Assembly: GCA_944392595.1 (NCBI GenBank)
Contig: CALXXD010000001.1
Coordinates: 3,008 to 67,007, forward strand
DNA length: 64,000 nt
Direction of reading: 5' to 3'
DNA from: an uncultured Alphaproteobacteria bacterium
GTDB lineage: Bacteria > Pseudomonadota > Alphaproteobacteria > Rs-D84
A program made the translations under genes and the position numbers. The notes under the pieces were generated by a model, which searched no databases, was not told the DNA's origin, and saw only the letters and a program-made list of their open reading frames with translations. This document shows, piece after piece, positions 9,474 to 18,017 of this stretch; position 1 is the stretch's first letter, and every line of letters starts with the position of its first letter.

Positions 9474-9498
9474 AAACGCCCCGATGGGGCGTTTTTTT
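9473..9498 (-). terminator. Intrinsic terminator of ppdK (hairpin usable on both strands)
   Basis: aaaaacgcccc-gat-ggggcgttttttt abuts the ppdK stop at 9497. Confidence 0.7.
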
Positions 9499-12157
9499 AT
9501 TTGTCGCGTGGGAATTTGACCGCCGCCTGGGCCGCCGCAAGGCGTGCAATTGGCACGCGGAACGGACTGCACGATACGGAATCAAATCCAATGCGATGGA
9601 AATATTCAACCGATGCGGGGTCGCCACCATGTTCGCCGCAAACGCCCAAGTGAATATTTGCGCCCTTGGTTTTGCGGGCTTTGGCAACCGCGTCTTCGAT
9701 TAAGATTCCAACGCCCTGTTGATCGACGGACGCAAATGGATCTGCGACATAGATACCACGCGCGCGGTATTCGTCCAAAATCTTGCCTGTGTCGTCACGC
9801 GACATACCCAATGTTGTTTGTGTCAAATCGTTTGTGCCGAATTCAAAGAATTCACAACTTTCTGCGATTTGATCCGCCAACACGGCCGCGCGTGGCAATT
9901 CAATCATCGAACCGACACTGTATTCAACACTGTCGCCTGTTTCAGCAAACAATGATGCAGCCGTTGCGTCGATTACTGATTTAACAATATCAACCTCTTT
10001 CTTGGAACCGACCAATGGAACCTCGATTTCAGGGAATACACGGATACCTGCGTTTTTGCATTCAATCGCAGCCGACAAAATCGCGCGCGTTTGCATTTCG
10101 CAGATTTCTGGGTATGTAATCGCCAAACGGCAACCACGATGTCCCAGCATCGGATTTTGTTCGTGTAAAGCCTCGGCACGAGCCTTGACAAATTCAACCG
10201 ATTTTCCAATGTGTGCGGCCAATTCGCCAATTTCAGCGTCTGTGTGCGGCAAGAATTCATGTAACGGCGGGTCAATCAAGCGGATTGTAACCGGCAGACC
10301 GTCCATAATCTTGAACAATTCCACAAAGTCAGCCTTTTGATACGGCAACAATTTCGCCAGCGCAGCACGACGACCGTCTTCGTCATCGGCCAAAATCATC
10401 TCTCTCATATCCTGGATACGTGCCGGATCAAAGAACATGTGTTCCGTACGCGCCAGTCCGATACCTTCGGCACCAAAATCGCGCGCCTGTTTGGCATCTT
10501 TTGGGGTTTCGGCGTTGGCTTTGACTTTCAATGTTTTGATTTCATCAACCCACTGCATCAACGTGCCAAAATTGCCGGTCAATTCAACCGATACGGTTGG
10601 AACCTGGCCCAGAATAATTTCGCCACGTGCGCCATCGATGGAAACCCAATCGCCTTCATTAACAACAACGCCAGACGTTGTTTTCATTGTTTTGGAATCA
10701 TAGTCAATCTTGATATCCGGCGAACCAGACACGCATGGTGTGCCCATACCACGTGCAACCACCGCCGCGTGCGATGTCATACCACCACGCGCAGTGATAA
10801 CACCCTGGGCCGCGTTCATACCTGCGATGTCTTCGGGTGATGTTTCAACGCGGATTAACATAACTTTTTTGCCTTCTTTGGCCCAGCGTTCTGCATCGTC
10901 TGCGCTGAACACAGCCTGGCCAACGGCGGCACCTGGGGATGCCGGCAAACCGGTTGCGATAACGTTCTTTTCTGCCTTGGGATCCAACATAGGATGCAAC
11001 AAGTGATCCAACTGATCCGCACCAACGCGCAGGATGGCCTCTTCTTTGGTCAGCAAGCCTTCATTCACCATTTCAACCGCCATGCGAACCGCAGCCGCAG
11101 CAGTACGTTTGCCGTTACGGCACTGTAACATCCACAGTTTGCCATGTTCGATGGTGAATTCCATGTCCTGCATATCTTTGTAATGCTTTTCCAATTTTTC
11201 GCGAACATCGCACAGTTCTTTATAAACGTCGGGCATGGCTTCTTCCAGTGACAGACGACCGGAATCGTCGCGGCTCATCGGTTGTGGGGTACGAATACCG
11301 GCAACAACGTCTTCGCCCTGGGCGTTAATCAGATATTCGCCGTAATATTTATTTTCACCGGTGGCCGGGTCGCGGCTGAAACACACACCAGTTGCGGAAT
11401 CATCGCCAGAATTGCCAAACACCATGGCCTGGACATTAACAGCGGTACCCCAATCGCCCGGGATGTTGTTCAATTTACGATATGTGATGGCTTTCTTGCT
11501 CATCCAACTGCCGAATACGGCGCCGATACCTAATTTCAGTTGTTCCCATGGATCTTGTGGGAATACTTTGCCGATTTTCACACCGATTTCTTTGAATTTT
11601 TCAACCAATTCTTTCAAATCGTCGGCGGTCAGTTCTGTATCGACTTTGTAACCTTTGTCTTCCTTCATGCGTTCCAGTGTGTGTTCGAACAAATCAATGT
11701 CCGCCCCCAAAACAACGTCACTGAACATCATAATAAAACGACGATATGAATCATACGCAAAACGTTCGTTACCGGAATGTTTCGCCAATGCTTTGACTGT
11801 TTCGTCATTTAATCCCAAATTCAAAACAGTATCCATCATGCCCGGCATGGAAACACGCGCACCTGAACGCACAGAAACCAATAATGGGTTTTCCATATCT
11901 GCAAATTTTTTGCCCATAATGTTTTCAATGTGGGCGATACCATCGCGAACCTGGTCCATTAAATCATCTGGATATTTTTGATTGTTGTCGTAATAGTATG
12001 TGCAAACCTCGGTCGTGACGGTAAAACCAGCCGGCACAGGCAGCCCAACCAAATTCATTTCAGCCAAATTGGCACCTTTGCCCCCCAACAGATTACGCAT
12101 GTCTGCGCGACCCTCGGCAGCACCGTTGCCAAATTTATAAACCCATTTTGTACTCAT
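9497..12157 (-). CDS. ppdK: Pyruvate, phosphate dikinase
   Basis: 886 aa. The N-terminus is MSTKWVYKFGNG...GRADMRNLLGGKGANLAEM. The phosphohistidine region is GGMTSHAAVVARGMG and the C-terminal PEP-utilising motif is GLCGEHGGDP-like (GVCGEHGGDP). An AAGGAG RBS is present. Confidence 0.95.
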   Translation of the reverse strand: MSTKWVYKFGNGAAEGRADMRNLLGGKGANLAEMNLVGLPVPAGFTVTTEVCTYYYDNNQKYPDDLMDQVRDGIAHIENIMGKKFADMENPLLVSVRSGARVSMPGMMDTVLNLGLNDETVKALAKHSGNERFAYDSYRRFIMMFSDVVLGADIDLFEHTLERMKEDKGYKVDTELTADDLKELVEKFKEIGVKIGKVFPQDPWEQLKLGIGAVFGSWMSKKAITYRKLNNIPGDWGTAVNVQAMVFGNSGDDSATGVCFSRDPATGENKYYGEYLINAQGEDVVAGIRTPQPMSRDDSGRLSLEEAMPDVYKELCDVREKLEKHYKDMQDMEFTIEHGKLWMLQCRNGKRTAAAAVRMAVEMVNEGLLTKEEAILRVGADQLDHLLHPMLDPKAEKNVIATGLPASPGAAVGQAVFSADDAERWAKEGKKVMLIRVETSPEDIAGMNAAQGVITARGGMTSHAAVVARGMGTPCVSGSPDIKIDYDSKTMKTTSGVVVNEGDWVSIDGARGEIILGQVPTVSVELTGNFGTLMQWVDEIKTLKVKANAETPKDAKQARDFGAEGIGLARTEHMFFDPARIQDMREMILADDEDGRRAALAKLLPYQKADFVELFKIMDGLPVTIRLIDPPLHEFLPHTDAEIGELAAHIGKSVEFVKARAEALHEQNPMLGHRGCRLAITYPEICEMQTRAILSAAIECKNAGIRVFPEIEVPLVGSKKEVDIVKSVIDATAASLFAETGDSVEYSVGSMIELPRAAVLADQIAESCEFFEFGTNDLTQTTLGMSRDDTGKILDEYRARGIYVADPFASVDQQGVGILIEDAVAKARKTKGANIHLGVCGEHGGDPASVEYFHRIGFDSVSCSPFRVPIARLAAAQAAVKFPRDK

Positions 12158-12293
12158 TATGGTTTCTCCTTGCTAGATTATTAAAACGCGCACAGATTTT
12201 GCGGGATATGGTGCCGAATTGCAAGAAAAAAAGCACTGCATTTTTTATTTTTTTAACTTTACAAATGCGAATTTCGCGGGTATTTTGGTCAAT

Positions 12294-12863
12294 ATGACAA
12301 ATTTGAAAGACTTGGCGTTTGTAGCCGAATTAAATAATCATCTGAAATCGGGCGGCGTGATTGCGTTCCCAACAGATACAGTATGGGGCCTGGGGGCGTT
12401 GCCGACACGCGCGGGCGCGGATGCGCTGTTTGAAATTAAACGTCGGCCTGCGAACAAGCATTTAATCATTATGTCCGACAGTTTTGAACACATTAAACCA
12501 TACATGGCGGAATATCCCGCGCGTGCGTTTGAGTTGGCACAGAAATATTGGCCGGGCGCACTGACCATTGGTGTGCCAGTGGCGGGGACTGATTCCATGG
12601 TGTTTGGTGGGGTGCGCGTACCGAATTACAAGCCATTTATGGAATTATGTGGCGTGATTGACGGGCATTGTTTGGCAACAACGTCGGCAAATATATCAGG
12701 CCAGCCAACACTGACATCCGCCGATGAAATCAGAAAAACATTTCCAAATATTATTGTTATTGATAATGCAACCGCCCCAATGGGCGGCGCACCCAGCACA
12801 GTCGCCATATTGGACGGCGACGATATAAACATCGTCCGCAATGGCGCGGTGGTGATTGAATAA
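12294..12863 (+). CDS. tsaC: L-threonylcarbamoyladenylate synthase (YrdC/TsaC domain protein)
   Basis: GGVIAFPTDTVWGLGA... and TSANISGQP are YrdC-domain motifs. The start was chosen at the ATG at 12294, which is preceded by TTTACA-N17-TATTTT-N7. The upstream extension to 12219 is low-complexity (FYFFNFTNANF). Confidence 0.8.
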   Translation: MTNLKDLAFVAELNNHLKSGGVIAFPTDTVWGLGALPTRAGADALFEIKRRPANKHLIIMSDSFEHIKPYMAEYPARAFELAQKYWPGALTIGVPVAGTDSMVFGGVRVPNYKPFMELCGVIDGHCLATTSANISGQPTLTSADEIRKTFPNIIVIDNATAPMGGAPSTVAILDGDDINIVRNGAVVIE

Positions 12864-12891
12864 AAAACAACCGCCACGTGGGCGGTTTTTT
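12863..12891. terminator. Bidirectional terminator between tsaC-like and the GmrSD-like gene
   Basis: aaaaaacaaccgcc-acgt-gggcggtttttt. Confidence 0.7.
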
Positions 12892-15013
12892 ATTTCAAAT
12901 TTATACTCAAATCGCTTTCATCTATTCCCAGATAATCAAACCAAATTTTAATGGCACCAAGCAAAGAATCCGCCGATTTGTTTACACGAAAATATATATT
13001 TTCATAGGGATACAATAATTGTTCCCAAAATCGTTCGCCATGCTGACCGATGTTTTCTTCTTTCTTGGATACAATATCTTTGAACCTTCCATCATTTCCA
13101 TGCGCAAATGCTTTACGCATTTTTATCTTGTATTGGTCATTTGCGTATAAAGTTTCTATAACTCTGGCATATAAATCTTTCCAAGATTTTACCTCTATAT
13201 CTGTATCCAATAATGAAAAATTAAAACTTTGCGGTTTACGATTTGTAATAATTTCTTTCAAAGAATCATTATCAAGTGCCACTGTTTCAATATCGCGCGC
13301 ATTTGCATATGAATGCATTGGTTTATATACAGGCCAAAGTTTCAAAATATCTGAGGATAATTTTTTACCACGTTCAATGATTTCATGCTCTGTCCAGGTG
13401 TCTATGTCGCGCATATAATGATTCAGGTATAAAGCAGAATCATTGAATCCGTTTTTCATAAGTTTTTTTTGCTGAAATGAACGATTACTGAATTCCGAAT
13501 TATACCCCGTAAGTGTCAAATTTCCTATTGTATTCAAATACGTCTTGTGTATATTTTCCCAATTTTCTCCCAAATCGTGTCGCCACTCATTCGTTAGTGT
13601 CTGGGGCATAATGTGTTCCAACGTCAATCTTATTGGGTCCACGTTTTCTTTGGGGTTATAAAACTGTTCTATTTTTAGCAAAATGTATTTACATGTCGCT
13701 TGATTACTTGTATAAACGTCATTCCTACGCAATGCGTCTATGAATTCGCCATCATCTGGGAACCTTTGTGGTGATGAATCTGAATATATCAAGAACTTAA
13801 ATACGTCTGCATACGATGCATTACAATCTGATTTCAATATAGAATCTATTTTTTTATTCATCAGAATCGATTTGTTTGCACCAGCAGTTGTTAATCGACA
13901 AAGTTTTCTGCGTATAAAATAACTCTCTATAACTTTCATTATTTCCATGACATCTTGCGCGCCCAATTTTTGATGTGAATATTTCATAAACACATCCAAC
14001 AATAATGGAATTACAGCACCAAACTCTATTCCATCCCGTAAATCTGTAAGCTTGTCATTTATCTCTTTATTATCTGTCTGTTTGGTTTTTATTTGAAAAT
14101 AAATTTCTGAATAATCATGCAGTTCTTTTAATATATCTTCTGGTTTATCGGTTGGTCGTTTATATTCCTTGAAACTTTTATATACATCTGGCAACGCACT
14201 TTTTTTGTTGGTTTTGCATGCCAAAAAATTCCAAATATAAGTAGTTGTATCATTAGAACTGGTGCCTGCGTTTTCTTCTATTGGTTCCCAATAACGCGAA
14301 TACAATCTTTCTTGTTCTTCATAATCCAAACCAATTAAAATAAAATTTCTTATTTTATCGGCATCACTTAAATCTAACCCCTTGGAGTTCAGTGATTCAA
14401 ATACTAACTGGGGGTTGTCATCATTATCGCCCAAGCCAATATCAACAATCTCTAACTGCTGAACTGCCTTATATATATCGCCAATATTTTCTGGTGTTAA
14501 TTGTGATTTGAAAAAATTATAGTTGATAATTATGTTATTCTTGTCATATTTGCTTGTGTTTGAACCATCTATCAAGGACTGATACGCTTCCATATCACCG
14601 CGAATAAGTTTTAATTTAATTTTGTTTTTATTCTTGTAATCCAAACACAGGCTCATTATCTCGTCAACGAGCGGAATGTTGTATGAATTATCAGCATCTT
14701 TATTCTTTTGAATAACATCATTAAATTCTTTTGCCTTATTGCCTATGGCCAATAATAATAATGAAACCGTTGTCAATCTTTGTTGACCGTCTATGACAAT
14801 CAAATCATCAGTATTTTTATCACGAACACTGACAATAGAACCAAAAAAGTGTGGCTTGTTATTGCCTTGTTTTATTATATATTCCAAATCATCCCATAAT
14901 GTCTGACATTGTTCTTTCTTTTTCCAATTATAATTTCTTTGATAAACCGGTATCATAAAACGTTTATCTTTGCCGTGCATAAACTCGGTGATTTTTTTTG
15001 ATTGTGCGCGCAT
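12890..15013 (-). CDS. GmrSD-family type IV (modification-dependent) restriction endonuclease, DUF262 + DUF1524 fusion
   Basis: The N-terminal DUF262 motifs are FMIPVYQRNYNW and VIDGQQRLTT. The C-terminal DUF1524 His-Me finger motifs are LEHIMPQTL ... NTIGNLTLTG. A CAGGAG RBS is present. The gene is conspicuously more AT-rich than its neighbours. Confidence 0.8.
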   Translation of the reverse strand: MRAQSKKITEFMHGKDKRFMIPVYQRNYNWKKKEQCQTLWDDLEYIIKQGNNKPHFFGSIVSVRDKNTDDLIVIDGQQRLTTVSLLLLAIGNKAKEFNDVIQKNKDADNSYNIPLVDEIMSLCLDYKNKNKIKLKLIRGDMEAYQSLIDGSNTSKYDKNNIIINYNFFKSQLTPENIGDIYKAVQQLEIVDIGLGDNDDNPQLVFESLNSKGLDLSDADKIRNFILIGLDYEEQERLYSRYWEPIEENAGTSSNDTTTYIWNFLACKTNKKSALPDVYKSFKEYKRPTDKPEDILKELHDYSEIYFQIKTKQTDNKEINDKLTDLRDGIEFGAVIPLLLDVFMKYSHQKLGAQDVMEIMKVIESYFIRRKLCRLTTAGANKSILMNKKIDSILKSDCNASYADVFKFLIYSDSSPQRFPDDGEFIDALRRNDVYTSNQATCKYILLKIEQFYNPKENVDPIRLTLEHIMPQTLTNEWRHDLGENWENIHKTYLNTIGNLTLTGYNSEFSNRSFQQKKLMKNGFNDSALYLNHYMRDIDTWTEHEIIERGKKLSSDILKLWPVYKPMHSYANARDIETVALDNDSLKEIITNRKPQSFNFSLLDTDIEVKSWKDLYARVIETLYANDQYKIKMRKAFAHGNDGRFKDIVSKKEENIGQHGERFWEQLLYPYENIYFRVNKSADSLLGAIKIWFDYLGIDESDLSINLK

Positions 15014-15313
15014 TGCAAACTCCTGTTATTTTTAATAAAAAACCACCGATTTTTATATTTCAGGTGGTTGGAGTTTGAACACTATATTCGTTGAAAAATA
15101 GCGTGTGTTATTCAATATATTCCACACACTCCAACCAGAAAGTTGGAGTTTTTCGTCATCACTTGGACGCAACGAATTTTGGGTGTTCAAGCCCATCGAT
15201 ACATATTCATACCGACGTGTGATATGCTATCATACTTCGTTTTATCTTGCAAAAGAATTTTTAAGAATCCATGCCTGGTGCGGGGCGGATGCATGGGTGA
15301 TATACTGGGGCGC

Positions 15314-15805
15314 ATGGAACAAAAAAATAACTTTCGTTCTGTTGGGGCAATTGTTTTGGGGATGCATGATGCGTTGGTTTCGCTGACTGGACTGATTGCA
15401 GGTTTGGCCGTCGCCATGGCAGACCGATATGTGATTATCCTGACCGCGGTTATCGCGTCCATCACGGCCAGTCTGTCCATGGGCGCGTCAAATTACCTGG
15501 CTGTGCGCGCAGGCGACAACGATGGGGGACATGCTTTCAAATACGCGCTTTATACAGGCGTGGCGTATATGGCGACATGCGCGGTGTTGATAGTCCCGTT
15601 TTTTGTATTTGAAAATCGCGCGGTGGAAATAGTACTGATGTTCGCAATCGCAGTGGCCGAGATTTTTGGATTTAATTATTACCTGGGGCGGATGCGGCGG
15701 CGGCCATATATGCGGAATTTTTTGGAAATGTTGGGCGTATGTATGGGCGTGTCAATTGTTGCATTCTTAATAGGCCTGTGTGCAAACAAGTGTTTTGGGA
15801 TATAG
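15314..15805 (+). CDS. VIT1/CCC1-family iron/manganese transporter (short, 5-TM form)
   Basis: GAIVLGMHDALVSLTGLIAGL... and ASITASLSMGASNYLAV are typical VIT-family TM1/TM2. The start was chosen at the ATG at 15314, which is preceded by TG-a-TATACT-N7. The alternatives at 15293 and 15143 lack support. Confidence 0.7.
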   Translation: MEQKNNFRSVGAIVLGMHDALVSLTGLIAGLAVAMADRYVIILTAVIASITASLSMGASNYLAVRAGDNDGGHAFKYALYTGVAYMATCAVLIVPFFVFENRAVEIVLMFAIAVAEIFGFNYYLGRMRRRPYMRNFLEMLGVCMGVSIVAFLIGLCANKCFGI

Positions 15806-15810
15806 GTTGC

Positions 15811-16158
15811 TAGTTACTCGTAACTACCTTGTCATTGCGAAGGAGTGCGATCAACGTTGAAAACGTTGTCGTACGACTGTGGCAATCCAGTGCAATATGT
15901 CTGCGGGCAAACGCCCGCAGTGCCTTTTTTATTTACTGGATCGCCACGCTTCGCTCGCGATGACAAAGGGGAGTAAGTACCTAATCCTGCACTCTCTAAC
16001 CACCCCGCCCTGCGGGCACCCCTCCAATGGAGGGGAACTTGGTACGTTCCCGTCGCGGAATAAAGTTCCCCTCTGCGGCAGAATATGGCTGCTAGCTCTC
16101 GCCTTGTTGCGGAATAAAGTTCCTCATCTAGCGGAGGGGTGGTCTATCACGAGTAACC
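15811..16158. repeat. Mosaic palindromic repeat cluster C
   Basis: Contains the 135-nt gtcattgcgaagga...cgctcgcgatgacaa module and cacccctccaatggaggggaac modules, bounded by tagttactcgtaact and cacgagtaacc. Confidence 0.8.
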
Positions 16159-16168
16159 GCGGGGTGTG

Positions 16169-16534
16169 TTATTTAACCCTGTTTATACATCCTTCGTGGA
16201 ACAGACGCCAAAACACAGTGCCACCCAATTCCTTTGGGCAATTTTCCGGGATACATTTGTGGCGCAATTTCGGATTTGCCGCGCACATACGCGCAGGCAC
16301 GCGGTTATGCAATTTATCTATGCACGCGCGATATTCATCAACCGCCACATCAAAATCATAAAATGTACGTTGCCAAATCTCGCTGTTGCCCAATGGGGAA
16401 AATTTTTCCATCCCCACAGTAAAAGTTTTTTCATCTGTCGGTTTGAACGTATTTGTGGCGCGATCATACATTTCTTTCGGTCGAAACAAATATACTTCAC
16501 CATTTTCATCAAAATATTTTGCAAAAATTTTCAT
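16169..16534 (-). CDS. Hypothetical protein (121 aa)
   Basis: An AAAGGACGG RBS is present. There is no recognisable domain. It is the last gene of the accessory cassette. Confidence 0.5.
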   Translation of the reverse strand: MKIFAKYFDENGEVYLFRPKEMYDRATNTFKPTDEKTFTVGMEKFSPLGNSEIWQRTFYDFDVAVDEYRACIDKLHNRVPARMCAANPKLRHKCIPENCPKELGGTVFWRLFHEGCINRVK

Positions 16535-16583
16535 ATTGCCGTCCTTTTACCCAACCAGAATAGCAATTCCCATAAATATAGCA

Positions 16584-16610
16584 ATAAAAAACCGCCACAA
16601 GGGCGGTTTA
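16584..16610 (-). terminator. Intrinsic terminator after the 192-aa gene
   Basis: On the minus strand: aaaccgccc-ttgt-ggcggttttttatt. Confidence 0.65.
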
Positions 16611-16672
16611 GTCGTTTTGTTTTATAAAATAATTTTGCAATTTTTCCCAAAAAGAGAGTGTGTTTTTCCCTT

Positions 16673-17251
16673 TTAAAAAATCTTGCTTTTTTTATCACCA
16701 CTTCCACAAATATACAAATCACGTAGTTTCTTATAAGTATTCACTTTTGCAAATTCTTGTGGAGCTAAAATTGCGGTAATAGTGTGGGGTATAATTTCCC
16801 CGCCAAAACGAAACTTGATTATATTACCAACTTGAATCTCTGATTTAATATATTTTAACTCTTTTAAACCTGGGTCAAAGGCACGCAATTTACCGTTTTC
16901 ATCATATACTGCGATGATTTGATGTCCGCTTATGATACGTTCTTTTTTACCGTCTTTACGGTCTTGCTCCGCACCGTTTAAATCGGCTATGCGTGCGGTG
17001 GTCAGAACAACATGTTTTAAACCAGCCTCCGTCATAAGTTTAGAAAAAACTTTTGCTTTTCCAGTGCATCCAGCAACAGCACGCGGAATCTTTTGATTTA
17101 TAATATCATCGGCCGATAAAGAAAAATGCCAATCTATACCACCGACATTATGTTGCTGCATATATTCGCTACGATTGTTGGGGCCAATTGCCTTATCAAA
17201 CATAGCGTGCATTTTATCCAGTAAAGATTGAATTTGATCGTCTTGTGTCAT
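16673..17251 (-). CDS. Hypothetical protein, possible transglutaminase-like/papain-fold cysteine peptidase
   Basis: The Cys...His...Asp spacing resembles a transglutaminase core: AGCTGKAKVFSKLMTEAGL ... SGHQIIAVYDENGKLRAFDPG. There is no signal peptide. A TATAAT box lies 8 nt upstream of the ATG. Confidence 0.5.
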   Translation of the reverse strand: MTQDDQIQSLLDKMHAMFDKAIGPNNRSEYMQQHNVGGIDWHFSLSADDIINQKIPRAVAGCTGKAKVFSKLMTEAGLKHVVLTTARIADLNGAEQDRKDGKKERIISGHQIIAVYDENGKLRAFDPGLKELKYIKSEIQVGNIIKFRFGGEIIPHTITAILAPQEFAKVNTYKKLRDLYICGSGDKKSKIF

Positions 17252-17259
17252 AATGACAG

Positions 17260-17307
17260 ATTATACCACAAAAATCGCAAAAAGCAAACCCACGCTGGGT
17301 GGCGGGG
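17260..17307 (-). promoter_or_regulatory. Terminator-promoter module, copy 1 (hairpin, TTTGCT-N17-TATAAT, ATG 8 nt downstream)
   Basis: On the minus strand: cccccgc-caccca-gcgtggg, T-rich tract, TTTGCT, 17 nt ending in ttttgtgg, TATAAT, ctgtcatt, ATG. A near-identical module is at 18018..18065. Confidence 0.55.
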
Positions 17308-17314
17308 GATTATA

Positions 17315-17458
17315 TTACAATTTAACTTCTATGATTTGGCCATTTATAGAATAATAAACCGGCACACCCGCACGACGGGCTTTTTCTTGAGCCTTGCGAG
17401 CACCGCGATTGGCCAAGCGTAATATTTTTGCCGATAATTCATAATCGCTTTTTTTCAT
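17315..17458 (-). CDS. Small 47-aa ORF overlapping the zeta-like ATPase stop (candidate antitoxin/partner). Not in the supplied ORF track
   Basis: Hand translation: MKKSDYELSAKILRLANRGARKAQEKARRAGVPVYYSINGQIIEVKL*. Its ATG (17458-17456) overlaps the TGA (17457-17455) of the upstream gene as ATGA. It is followed directly by a terminator hairpin. Confidence 0.45.
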   Translation of the reverse strand: MKKSDYELSAKILRLANRGARKAQEKARRAGVPVYYSINGQIIEVKL

Positions 17459-18009
17459 TTTTTGGTTTCCTTGTTAAACTTATTATAGGTACTCTCGTCC
17501 ATGATGTCAATAAATTCACCGCGACCTTGGGCGATTGGTTCAAAATTGTTTTCACCATTATAGTATAATTCCCAATGCGATGCCCGCAATGCCGTTGGCC
17601 AAAAATTAGACATGCTGCGTTCATATCTGCGCCGAACATCTGTTTCGGGCACATCATGACCGCCAACCGCCACCCGTTGTTTTATACGCAGCAAATTTTG
17701 TTCCACAGAATCCAAGAAAATATAAATGAATATTATTTCATACTTTAACCGCTTGGCTCGTTCCATAACACCGAAATGATACACGCCGGATATCGTTGAT
17801 TCCAAAACCACAGTCTGCCCTGTCGCCAATAGCTCGTCCAATTTTGTCAGCAAAATACGCCCAGATTTTATTCCAAACTTGTCCGAACGTTTTTTTGCAA
17901 TCTCGTCCGCATTCAAAAAGGCAATTTTATCCTCTTTTACAAGTTCCTTTGCCAAGGTTGTTTTACCACTGCCATTTGGACCTGCAATAATGTATAATTT
18001 CTTTATCAT
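17455..18009 (-). CDS. Zeta-toxin-like P-loop kinase/ATPase (COG4185-type)
   Basis: Walker A is IIAGPNGSGKTTLAKE. FLNADEIAK, VVLESTISG and RVAVGGHDVPETDVRRRYERS match the conserved blocks of zeta/COG4185 toxins. Confidence 0.8.
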   Translation of the reverse strand: MIKKLYIIAGPNGSGKTTLAKELVKEDKIAFLNADEIAKKRSDKFGIKSGRILLTKLDELLATGQTVVLESTISGVYHFGVMERAKRLKYEIIFIYIFLDSVEQNLLRIKQRVAVGGHDVPETDVRRRYERSMSNFWPTALRASHWELYYNGENNFEPIAQGRGEFIDIMDESTYNKFNKETKK

Positions 18010-18017
18010 AATGGTAA

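Noticed and set aside
12219-12293. N-terminal extensions offered by the ORF track: 12219 for tsaC-like, 15143 for VIT, 54387 for the tail fibre, 60604 for lptF/G, 35183 for prepilin-like 1 and 3028 for the OMP.
   Set aside because: The extensions are low-complexity or run through promoter and terminator elements. Downstream starts have an RBS or a -10 box at leaderless distance, and they restore typical family N-termini.
15014-15313. Mn2+ (yybP-ykoY) riboswitch upstream of the VIT-family transporter.
   Set aside because: I could not find the conserved GGGGAGUAG / UUGACAUA / AGCAAGACC-type elements of that riboswitch. In addition, the best promoter lies only 7 nt from the ATG, which leaves no leader.
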